NCBI GenBank assembly: GCA_045563435.1
Contig: JBJLJD010000001.1
Span: forward strand, 2,284-66,283
Source: Gammaproteobacteria bacterium
Lineage (GTDB): Bacteria; Pseudomonadota; Gammaproteobacteria; Magnimaribacterales; TMED112
Length of the DNA stretch: 64,000 nucleotides
Direction: 5' to 3'
In this document: positions 9,975 to 18,577 of the stretch, one piece after another
Position numbering within the stretch: position 1 is the stretch's first letter
Layout of the letters: each line of letters begins with the position of its first letter
Made by a program: the position numbers and the translations under genes
The notes under the pieces: model-generated
What the model was told of the DNA's origin: nothing
The model's input: the letters and a program-made list of their open reading frames with translations, nothing else
The model's database searches: none

Positions 9975-11015
9975 ATGTCATTAAAACAAAAAGAACTTAT
10001 TAATATTTGGGTATTCAAAGACGGAAAGAAAGGACATGAAAAGCAAATTGATGCGCTAGTAGATGAGCTGCGAGAATCAAATAAAATTTCACTTCTTACA
10101 GTTGATTGCCATAAAAGCAACTTTGTTTCAAGCTTCTTATCTTATATAAAAGGTGTCCCCTCCAAAGAAATTGACGAGGCAACTGATAATTGGGTTATGG
10201 AAGGGTTTGATATTACTTCAGGAATGACACCATTTGGAAACTATCCTGACTTATTAGTTGGTGCTGGATCTAAAACTCATTATCAGTTATTGCTGGCAAA
10301 AAAACTTTTTCCAAATTCCAAAAGTATTGTTTTAATGAAGCCTTCTCTGAAACCTACACAACTTTTTGATATTGCAGTTGTTCCACATTTAGATAAGTTT
10401 TATTTTAGAACCCCAGAAAATGTCATTACAACAAAGGGGGTATTATCAAAATATTCTACAGAGAGGACGAAAAAGAAGACTGGTCTAATTATAATCGGTG
10501 GCAAAAGTAGGCATTTTCATTTTAGACCCAAGGTTTTAATGAAGCAGATTGAGTGGCTTTTGAACGACCTATATAAAGATTATCAGTGGAAAATAACTAC
10601 TTCTCCAAGATCACCAGATCTTAAAATACCCAAACATCCGGAGAATGCTGAATTTTTTAACTGGAAAGATACCTCTGATGAATGGTTAACTACAGAGATT
10701 AATAAAAGTGAAATAACTTTTCTTACACCAGAAAGTGTTTCAATTTTGTATGAAGCACTTTCAACTAATACAAATGTATATGTATTTCATCATGAGCTAC
10801 ACAGGGACCATGGAACAGAAGGCGCCCCTTTGAGGAAAACAAAGGTCACAAAAAATATAGAGTTGCTCAAAAAAAATAAGGATATTGGATTCATAGATAC
10901 TAAAAGGTATCTCTTTTCTAGAGATATAAGATCAGCTGATATTTGCCACCCAAAAAAAAATAAGCCTCTATCTGAAGTAAAAGATGTAGTAAGTAAACTA
11001 TTAGAAATCTTATGA
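9975..11015 (+). CDS. ELM1/GtrOC1-family putative glycosyltransferase
   Basis: DGKKGHEKQ, LVGAGSKTH, VLMKPS, IIGGKSRH, TTSPRSP and TPESVSILYEAL motifs. Confidence 0.75.
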   Translation: MSLKQKELINIWVFKDGKKGHEKQIDALVDELRESNKISLLTVDCHKSNFVSSFLSYIKGVPSKEIDEATDNWVMEGFDITSGMTPFGNYPDLLVGAGSKTHYQLLLAKKLFPNSKSIVLMKPSLKPTQLFDIAVVPHLDKFYFRTPENVITTKGVLSKYSTERTKKKTGLIIIGGKSRHFHFRPKVLMKQIEWLLNDLYKDYQWKITTSPRSPDLKIPKHPENAEFFNWKDTSDEWLTTEINKSEITFLTPESVSILYEALSTNTNVYVFHHELHRDHGTEGAPLRKTKVTKNIELLKKNKDIGFIDTKRYLFSRDIRSADICHPKKNKPLSEVKDVVSKLLEIL

Positions 11016-11983
11016 AAGTTTTACATATTTTTTCAAGTAAAGCTTATGCAGGACTGGAGAGGCATGTTGAAGAGTTGTCTTTTGAACAATCTAAAAATAA
11101 TAATGTGTTAGTTATAGGACCAAAGAATTTTAAAAATAAATTTAGGGCAAATTATCATTCTTTAGATAATCTAGGATTTAGATTAAGTCCGTTTAAATCA
11201 TCAAAACTAAAAGAAATTTTTCTAAATTACACACCCGATGTTGTTAACACGCATGGAACGAAACCTGCAGTGCTTTTAAAAAAATTTAAAAATAGGGATT
11301 TTAAATGGGTAGCAACAGTACATAACAATAAAAAGAACGTATATGCCTATGAAAAAGCAGATAGTGTAATAGCTGTGAGCAAATTGGCAGTCAATAATTT
11401 TAATAAGCAGCACAAAAATATTTACCATGAATTAAATTGGGTAGACGAAACAAGATTTCCGAAATACACCAAAAAAAGTGGGGAGTACTTTTGTTTTATT
11501 GGGAGACTCGAGCCACAAAAAAATCTTGAGACTTTAATAAAAATTTGGAAATCCGTTAAAGAAAAATTAGTAATTGTGGGCGAAGGATCTCAAGAGGAAA
11601 AGTTAAAAAATCTTGTTATAGATTTGGATATTACTAAAAAAATAAAATTTATTTCCTATACAGAGAATGTAGGGAATATTTTATGCCACTCTAAAGGACA
11701 GATTTTTTGCTCTTTAAAAGAGGGTTCTCCAAAATCTTTTTTTGAATCGCTTTATTGCGATGTTCCAGTAATTGCTACTCCTGTTGGTGCATTTCCTGAG
11801 CTCCTGGATAATGAATTTATTTCTTCAGATTTAACTTATGATTCAATAAAGAAGGTTATTATTCATTGGGTAGCAAGGCCAGAGGAACTTCTAAAAAAAC
11901 AAAAAAAATTGATCAGTAGCATAAAGAAAAATCACACTATTAAAAAAGCATCTGAAAGAATTTTAAAAATTTATGAATCTTAG
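11012..11983 (+). CDS. GT4 glycosyltransferase (LPS/envelope)
   Basis: AGLERHV, IGRLEPQKN and EGSPKSFFESLYCDVPVIATPVG (EX7E). Confidence 0.85.
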   Translation: MKVLHIFSSKAYAGLERHVEELSFEQSKNNNVLVIGPKNFKNKFRANYHSLDNLGFRLSPFKSSKLKEIFLNYTPDVVNTHGTKPAVLLKKFKNRDFKWVATVHNNKKNVYAYEKADSVIAVSKLAVNNFNKQHKNIYHELNWVDETRFPKYTKKSGEYFCFIGRLEPQKNLETLIKIWKSVKEKLVIVGEGSQEEKLKNLVIDLDITKKIKFISYTENVGNILCHSKGQIFCSLKEGSPKSFFESLYCDVPVIATPVGAFPELLDNEFISSDLTYDSIKKVIIHWVARPEELLKKQKKLISSIKKNHTIKKASERILKIYES

Positions 11984-13083
11984 CTTTTTCCAAGAGCTTC
12001 AAGATAGAAATCAACAGTCTTTTGATGCATTAACTCTGAAGTTAAAAATACCTCTTTAGGTTTATTATTACTTTTAATAATTGATTTAGTTTTTTCCATT
12101 AAATGTTCAAAATCATTAAATTCAACCAACCCCTCTTCATAAAATAGCTTTAAGACCTCACCTACACCACCCCTATTCCAACCACATATTTTTTTACCCA
12201 TCATTGCTGCCTCTAGAAGTGTTCTTCCAAAAGGTTCGGGAGTTGATGATAGGTTCATTACAAGTGCTGAAAGTGAATAGATTTCTCGGATATCATCTTT
12301 TGCATTATAGAAAAATACTCTATTTTCCAAATTGTAATCTCTTATAAGATTAAAGAGCTTTTTGTAATATTTCTTTTTTGCATCTTCATATGGTCCAACA
12401 ATAAGACCAGAGTAATTATCAGGTAGGTTAGATATTAGCTTGATGAATGATTCCTGACCTTTCCATGATGATAGCCTGCCTGGGAATGCGATAATTTCTT
12501 TATTTGCAAGTTTAGGGAACTGTGAAAAAAACTTTTCCTGATATTGTTCGGTTACCTGAAATTGTTTAGTGAAATAATCTTGATCAGATCCACGATAAAT
12601 TAATTTTGGTTCAGCATTCAAGTGGTTTTTATAGTTTTCTAAGATATATTCGTTAACTGTTTTAGAAATTGCAATAACATAATCAAAGCTTGCCATTATT
12701 CTGCTATAAAAAGGTGTGCTGTACAGACCATGAAATGTTGAAAAGAAAATTGGTCTTGGGTTTTTGATAAATAGCTTCGAGAGTTGAGTTACCCATGCAG
12801 GAATTCTAGACCTAACATGCACAATGTCTGGAGATATTTCATTAATGATGTCTGCTAATTTTTTTGCTTGAAGCAAAGTTAGAAAGCTCTTTTCGGAAAC
12901 CTGCATATGAATATGACTGCCTCCGTCATTAATAAGATTTTTTACTTGCCTACCTCCATTAGAAATTACATATGAGTCATGGCCCCTGCTAACAAGATAT
13001 TTATTAAAATCTAAAACACCCCTTTCCACTCCGCCTGTATTTAAAGTTGGAAGAATTTGAATAATCTTTAACCTACGCATCAA
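11980..13083 (-). CDS. GT4 glycosyltransferase (LPS core type)
   Basis: LPTLNTGGVERG, HVRSRIPAW, PGRLSSWKGQ and PEPFGRTLLEA motifs. Confidence 0.88.
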   Translation of the reverse strand: MMRRLKIIQILPTLNTGGVERGVLDFNKYLVSRGHDSYVISNGGRQVKNLINDGGSHIHMQVSEKSFLTLLQAKKLADIINEISPDIVHVRSRIPAWVTQLSKLFIKNPRPIFFSTFHGLYSTPFYSRIMASFDYVIAISKTVNEYILENYKNHLNAEPKLIYRGSDQDYFTKQFQVTEQYQEKFFSQFPKLANKEIIAFPGRLSSWKGQESFIKLISNLPDNYSGLIVGPYEDAKKKYYKKLFNLIRDYNLENRVFFYNAKDDIREIYSLSALVMNLSSTPEPFGRTLLEAAMMGKKICGWNRGGVGEVLKLFYEEGLVEFNDFEHLMEKTKSIIKSNNKPKEVFLTSELMHQKTVDFYLEALGKS

Positions 13084-13312
13084 GTGAATTTACCCTAATA
13101 CGACCGTATCTTGTTTCTTCAAAATTAACATCAATTTTTTTTAAGGCCTTATTAACAATAGAAATCATTTTTTCAGAATTTCCGCATATAATGATTAGAG
13201 GTAATTCGCTCTGATTACTAAGCACAAAATCTTCTACGCAAATTTCAACATCTGCATGCTTTACTCCATGAAGATCTAGATGCAAGATTTGTTGCTCGTA
13301 CCTAATTGACAT
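13073..13312 (-). CDS. Small Smr-like domain protein
   Basis: LDLHG start motif and IIICGNS; 79 aa; overlaps both neighbours. Confidence 0.6.
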   Translation of the reverse strand: MSIRYEQQILHLDLHGVKHADVEICVEDFVLSNQSELPLIIICGNSEKMISIVNKALKKIDVNFEETRYGRIRVNSLDA

Positions 13313-14256
13313 TAATTCTTATAAATTTTGACTATCTCTGAAGATGCATCCTTGTATGCTCTTGCCATTGCTGGTGTATTGAATGCAAAAGCGTAATTTC
13401 CTTTGTTGTCCATAACAATAACACCTCCATCTGCACCGATTTCTTTTAACTGATTCATTACCTCAGTTGAAGCTTGTTGAATCGATTTGTCTTGATAACG
13501 TGCTTTCACACAAATTTCTTTGGCAACACTAAATCTTATGAAGTATTCACCATGACCAGTAGCCGAGACACCACAAGAATTTTTTTCTACCCATGTTCCA
13601 GCACCAATTATTGGTGAGTCACCAACTCTGCCAGGGGCTTTGTTTGTCATTCCTCCCGTAGATGTGCCGGCTGTGATTACTCCATTTGTATCTATTGCTA
13701 CAACTCCAACTGTTCCTTTTTTATTTTCTTGTGCTTTTTTTAAGGACTTTAACCTATCTGGATTTGCAAAATATCTTTGATCTACTTGTTCGATGTTGTT
13801 ATCTCTTGCTAATTTTTCTGCGCCGCTACTTGTAAACATTACATGAGGAGTTTGTTCCATAACGTGCCTTGCTAAAGAAATTGGATTTTTTACATTAGTG
13901 ACTGAGGAAACTGCACCTGCTTCATTATCTTTTCCAGTCATTATGGAGGCATCCATTTCCTGCCTTTCTTCAGAGGTATAAACTGACCCTTTACCAGCAT
14001 TAAAAAGAGGATTATCCTCTAAAATTATTATTGCGGCTTCAACTGCATCAACACTGCTACCACCATTCTCTAATATCTCAAAACCCCTATCTGCTGCCAT
14101 TTTTAGGCCTTTTTTTAAATCTTTAATTTCATCAGGAGACATATTTGAAAACCATCCTGCTCCACCATGTATGACAATTGCAGGAGATTCAGCAAAAAGA
14201 GAAAACGAGATGATTAGTGGAAAAAAAACTTCAATTAATTTTTTCATAATAAGCAA
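13312..14256 (-). CDS. iaaA: Isoaspartyl peptidase/L-asparaginase (Ntn hydrolase) with signal peptide
   Basis: IVIHGGAG, FNAGKGS, autocleavage site G|TVG, TSTGG, GRVGDSPIIGAG and SATGHGE. Confidence 0.88.
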   Translation of the reverse strand: MLIMKKLIEVFFPLIISFSLFAESPAIVIHGGAGWFSNMSPDEIKDLKKGLKMAADRGFEILENGGSSVDAVEAAIIILEDNPLFNAGKGSVYTSEERQEMDASIMTGKDNEAGAVSSVTNVKNPISLARHVMEQTPHVMFTSSGAEKLARDNNIEQVDQRYFANPDRLKSLKKAQENKKGTVGVVAIDTNGVITAGTSTGGMTNKAPGRVGDSPIIGAGTWVEKNSCGVSATGHGEYFIRFSVAKEICVKARYQDKSIQQASTEVMNQLKEIGADGGVIVMDNKGNYAFAFNTPAMARAYKDASSEIVKIYKN

Positions 14257-15169
14257 TGTAGTCTACTATCAATTTTTTCACATCGGGACATAATTTGCGA
14301 GAATTACAATACATTGTTGAATTAGGTGGTCCAGGCCAATTACCACCCACAGCAACATTAATTAATAAATAAAACTCCTCGAGAAATGGATTGGGTGTAA
14401 GATTTTCAACTTCATTAAAATTGACCTTAAATACTAATTGATCATTTAATAACCATTCAAAATATTTGTCTTCCCAAATCAAAGATATCTTATTGTGATC
14501 AATCGGATTTGATAGCTTTGTTAATTGGTTTAAAAAAGTAGTTTTGGATATCTGCCTATGATAGTCATGCCCATAATGAATTGTGGTAACTAGCTCATCT
14601 GATTTTGCATTAATTGTTTCAACAATGTCAATTTCTCCGCTTCTAGGCCAATTTCCATACACTGACTTCTCAGGCATCATCCAAAGTGCTGGCCATACAC
14701 CTTTTATTTCTGGTACAGAAAAGCTTATATCAACTCTTCCGTATTTAAATTTTCTTTTATTTTGTGAATTTATTCTTGCACTTTCATAACCTGTTCCATC
14801 AGAACTAGCGTTATATGTCGGGATTATAAATAAACAGCCATCGTTAAGATAAATATTTTCATTGCTATCTGTATAACTTTGTAATTCATTATTGCCCCAA
14901 CCTGGCACTCCGTAATTTTGTCCATTTCCATACATAAAATTCCAATTAGATTGATTCAAACCAACATCATCAAAATTTTCTAACCAGATTAAAGAGTAAT
15001 TTTCATATGAATGTGGTTTTTGTGATGGGCAATAATCTATATTTTCAGCAACTGGTGCAGGTTGAATTACCCCTGCAATAATTGAATTAGAAAAATCGCT
15101 ATTACCTACATTACATCCGTATAAAAAAGTAACGATAAAAATTAAAGAAATTTTATTATTAATATTCAA
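14231..15169 (-). CDS. GH16 endo-beta-1,3-glucanase (laminarinase-like) lipoprotein
   Basis: Lipobox FLYGC; GWGNNELQSY, WPALWMMP, catalytic EIDIVE and NVAVGGNWPG. Confidence 0.88.
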   Translation of the reverse strand: MNINNKISLIFIVTFLYGCNVGNSDFSNSIIAGVIQPAPVAENIDYCPSQKPHSYENYSLIWLENFDDVGLNQSNWNFMYGNGQNYGVPGWGNNELQSYTDSNENIYLNDGCLFIIPTYNASSDGTGYESARINSQNKRKFKYGRVDISFSVPEIKGVWPALWMMPEKSVYGNWPRSGEIDIVETINAKSDELVTTIHYGHDYHRQISKTTFLNQLTKLSNPIDHNKISLIWEDKYFEWLLNDQLVFKVNFNEVENLTPNPFLEEFYLLINVAVGGNWPGPPNSTMYCNSRKLCPDVKKLIVDYIAYYEKIN

Positions 15170-15199
15170 GATAAAGTCCTTTTTTACTGAGTTTTAATT

Positions 15200-15240
15200 A
15201 ATTGTAAACAATTTGACATAAACATAATTTTAGTTATATT
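15200..15240 (+). promoter_or_regulatory. Candidate sigma70 promoter of the TBDR with an adjacent inverted repeat
   Basis: TTGACA 15213-15218, 16-bp spacer, TATATT 15235-15240; AATTGT-AA-ACAATT at 15200-15213. Confidence 0.5.
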
Positions 15241-15273
15241 TATCATATAAATTCAATTCATATAGAGGGGATT

Positions 15274-18051
15274 ATGAAATTTACAAAAAATTTACTTATG
15301 TTGCTAATGCTGCCAGCATTTGCTCTACCTGTTATAGCCCAAGATTCTGAAGATGAAGATGAGGGCCTTGAAATTGTTATTACTACAGCTCAAAAAATTG
15401 AGAAAGATGTCATGGATACTCCTGTTCCAGTGACAGTTTTTACTCAAGATAAACTCACTGAGTATGGAATAAATAATTATATTGACCTTTCTCAGATGGT
15501 TCCAATGTTAGAAATTACTGACTCTAGTAACCATGGTGCACCTGTGATCACTATGAGAGGAGTTAGATCAAACAATGTTACGGAACTTGGAGATCCAGCT
15601 GTGGGTGTACATGTAGATGGTGTTTATGTATCAAGAATGCAAGGCGCTATGGCTCTACTTTTCGATCTTGAAAGAGCAGAAGTTTTAAGAGGACCGCAAG
15701 GAACTCTATACGGAAGAAACTCTACTGTAGGCACATTCAATGTTGTAACAGCAAAACCAAACTTTGAGGTGCAAGGCGGCTCTGTGACAATTGATGCAGG
15801 GAGAATGGATGCTCAAGCTTTGAGACTTCATTACAACCTGCCAATTACAGATAATTTTGCAATAAGACTTGCTTACATGGAAGAGAAAAAAGATTCATTC
15901 ATTACGACTTATTTAGATGCTTCACAAATGGATCATAGATTTATGAAATTTGCTGGAGTTGATTTAAGTGAGTTTAGTCAAATAGGAGGTGATTATAATA
16001 ATAGAGTTATGTCTGATCACCACTGGTACAACGGATTTGACGGATGGCAACAAAGACCACTTTCAAAAGTACAAATGGATCCAGCTGATTCATATAATAA
16101 TGTAGACCAAAATGCATTTAGATTAAGTGCACTATACGACATGGGTGGAGAAAGAAGTCTGAATGTACAGTTTGAGCAATTTGAAAACCAAAATGCTCAC
16201 TGGACTGAAACACCTGCTTGCGAATTGATGAGAGGAAGACCAACAGTTGGTTATGAAACATGGAACTGGGGCGGTTTTGATATAACCGACTGTGATACAG
16301 GTTTCGGTGGAGGAAATTCATACACAGCATATGTAAATACTCCGGGGATGTTGGACGTTGTTCTTACATCAACAAGGGCTATCTACAAAGCACCGGTTGG
16401 TGACTTTGATTTAGTTGCTAAATATGGTTACCAGCACTTAGAAGAAGAGGCTCACTTTGATACAGATATGGGCCATGGTAACTGGGATGGCAACTGGAAT
16501 ATTGATGACTTTGTTGCAAAGGCAAAGGTTTTTGATGTTGAATTAAGATCATCTAAAGACGAGAAGCTACAGTGGGTACTTGGCTACTTCATGAACCTAG
16601 AGAACAATAATATGGAAGCTCACTTTAACGGTCTTGAAGGCTCCGATGTATTTATTCAGCCAGATAGACAGCTTGATGCAACAGCAATGTATGGCCAAGC
16701 AACATACCAGCTTGATGAAAGAATGTTTCTAACATTTGGTGCAAGATATTCAGAAGAAGAAAAAACTGATGTTGGTGGAAGAAACTTTAGATGTATGTTC
16801 TGGGCAAATGGTTGTGCTGCAGACCCATATGGTGGTGCAAGAGCCAGAGATCCAAATTGGGTTAGACTTGGTTACACTCCGTGGAAAAATGGTGGTGAGT
16901 TCTTAGTTGAAGGAGTTAACTGTAGCGGTGGTTATGGTTGTCTTCAAGAAGTTTTAATTAATGATACATCAGCAACGTTTGATAATCTTGACTATAGAGT
17001 AGGACTTGATTTTGATTTAGATGATAACACCCTTCTCTACGCATATTATGCAACTGGTTTCAAATCTGGTTCGATCCAAGACGTGTACAGAAGAGGTGAT
17101 AATACACTTCATCCGGGAGGACCAGGTTCATATGCTGACACTTCTTATGATAATGAATACATAGACACATTTGAGTTTGGTTTCAAAAGAAGGATTGGAA
17201 AAGATCTAAACTTATCTTTTAATGCCTATTTCTCTCAATATGATGGAAAACAAGAATCAGGGAACGTTCCTGTAGATGTTATTTCAGCAATGGGTGTAGA
17301 TACTTCAATCGGTTCTCCTACGTTTGGACAAATGGTTCAACAAGACCAAGTTGTTACTAGGTGGTCAAGCCAAAACTTTGGTGAGCAAGAATTCTATGGT
17401 TCTGAGTTTGAGTTTAACTGGAATCCATACGAAGGTGGAAATATTAATGGTTACATTGCAACAATGAATACCAAAGTTACAGAGAGTTTTGTAACACAGG
17501 TTAGATATGCAATAGGATTTGCACATGGCAGACCTGATTATGGTAGTGCTGTTGCTCCAGAACCAGAGAATAATATTGATCTTCTTGGTAATGAGGCACC
17601 ATATGCTCCTCAATTCCAAACAACCATTCGGTATGAGCACACATTTAATACTCCAGTAGGTAAAATCAAACCGCAGGTCCAATATCACTATGAAACCTCA
17701 GCTTACCTTTCTATTTATAACATAGATAAGCATGTTGATGATGAAGGTGGTTATGGCACATATGGCTGTACAAACTTTGCTGCAGCAGATGGTTGCGCGT
17801 ACGACTTTATAGATTTACCTGGGTATTGGGCACAGCCAGCAGAATACTTATCAGATCTAAGGCCTGCATTTGAAACATTTAACTTGTTGCTTACTTTTGA
17901 ACCTGCAGAGGGAAGCTGGTATGCACAAGCTTATAGCTACAATGCTATGGACGAAAGAATCCCATATCACAGAGCTTGGGAAGGTGCAGTTCCTAGAGGG
18001 GGATATAGCGGTCCTGCTCAATATGGAATTAGATTTGGATACTTTTGGTAA
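15274..18051 (+). CDS. TonB-dependent receptor (probably for beta-glucan oligosaccharides)
   Basis: Signal peptide, TonB-box-like EIVITTAQK, plug motif EVLRGPQGTLYGRN, aromatic C-terminus (GYFW). Substrate inferred from flanking GH16 and GH3. Confidence 0.9.
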   Translation: MKFTKNLLMLLMLPAFALPVIAQDSEDEDEGLEIVITTAQKIEKDVMDTPVPVTVFTQDKLTEYGINNYIDLSQMVPMLEITDSSNHGAPVITMRGVRSNNVTELGDPAVGVHVDGVYVSRMQGAMALLFDLERAEVLRGPQGTLYGRNSTVGTFNVVTAKPNFEVQGGSVTIDAGRMDAQALRLHYNLPITDNFAIRLAYMEEKKDSFITTYLDASQMDHRFMKFAGVDLSEFSQIGGDYNNRVMSDHHWYNGFDGWQQRPLSKVQMDPADSYNNVDQNAFRLSALYDMGGERSLNVQFEQFENQNAHWTETPACELMRGRPTVGYETWNWGGFDITDCDTGFGGGNSYTAYVNTPGMLDVVLTSTRAIYKAPVGDFDLVAKYGYQHLEEEAHFDTDMGHGNWDGNWNIDDFVAKAKVFDVELRSSKDEKLQWVLGYFMNLENNNMEAHFNGLEGSDVFIQPDRQLDATAMYGQATYQLDERMFLTFGARYSEEEKTDVGGRNFRCMFWANGCAADPYGGARARDPNWVRLGYTPWKNGGEFLVEGVNCSGGYGCLQEVLINDTSATFDNLDYRVGLDFDLDDNTLLYAYYATGFKSGSIQDVYRRGDNTLHPGGPGSYADTSYDNEYIDTFEFGFKRRIGKDLNLSFNAYFSQYDGKQESGNVPVDVISAMGVDTSIGSPTFGQMVQQDQVVTRWSSQNFGEQEFYGSEFEFNWNPYEGGNINGYIATMNTKVTESFVTQVRYAIGFAHGRPDYGSAVAPEPENNIDLLGNEAPYAPQFQTTIRYEHTFNTPVGKIKPQVQYHYETSAYLSIYNIDKHVDDEGGYGTYGCTNFAAADGCAYDFIDLPGYWAQPAEYLSDLRPAFETFNLLLTFEPAEGSWYAQAYSYNAMDERIPYHRAWEGAVPRGGYSGPAQYGIRFGYFW

Positions 18052-18071
18052 AAACTAGATTTTGCTAAACT

Positions 18072-18100
18072 AAAAAGGAGGGGTAACCCTCCTTTTTTTT
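18072..18100 (+). terminator. Intrinsic terminator (possibly bidirectional)
   Basis: AAAAAGGAGGG-GTAA-CCCTCC followed by T8. Confidence 0.85.
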
Positions 18101-18577
18101 ATGAATACTCCTGACATTAGCGATTTATATTATTCACTTCCCGTTATTGTGGACTTTAATGCTTATGGTAAAAAAGATTTAGTTAGTGGAAAGATTGAAA
18201 CAGTTAGTTGCTTAAATGATAACAGCAAAGTTAGAGAGGTTTTGTCTACTGATGGCACTAATAGCATCTTAATAGTTGATGGACATGCATCAAAGGAAGT
18301 TGCCTTAATGGGTGATAAAGTTGCAGTTTTAGCAAAAGAAAATAAGTGGGAAGCTGTATTAATTAACGGTTATATAAGAGATGTTGAGCATCTGCATAAT
18401 ATTGATTTAGGTATTTATGCCTTAGGAACCTCACCCAAAAAAAGTAATAAAGATAATAAGGGAGAAATATCAGTTGATATCCAAATTCAAGGTGTGGACA
18501 TTAAACCTGGCTACTGGGCATATATAGATCAGAATGGGATAATAATATCTCCAGAAGAACTAAAAATTAACAGCTAA
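18101..18577 (+). CDS. rraA: RraA-family protein (HMG aldolase/oxaloacetate decarboxylase-like)
   Basis: TPDISD, NDNSKVR, LIVDG, ALMGD, NGYIRD and YIDQNGII motifs. Confidence 0.8.
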   Translation: MNTPDISDLYYSLPVIVDFNAYGKKDLVSGKIETVSCLNDNSKVREVLSTDGTNSILIVDGHASKEVALMGDKVAVLAKENKWEAVLINGYIRDVEHLHNIDLGIYALGTSPKKSNKDNKGEISVDIQIQGVDIKPGYWAYIDQNGIIISPEELKINS

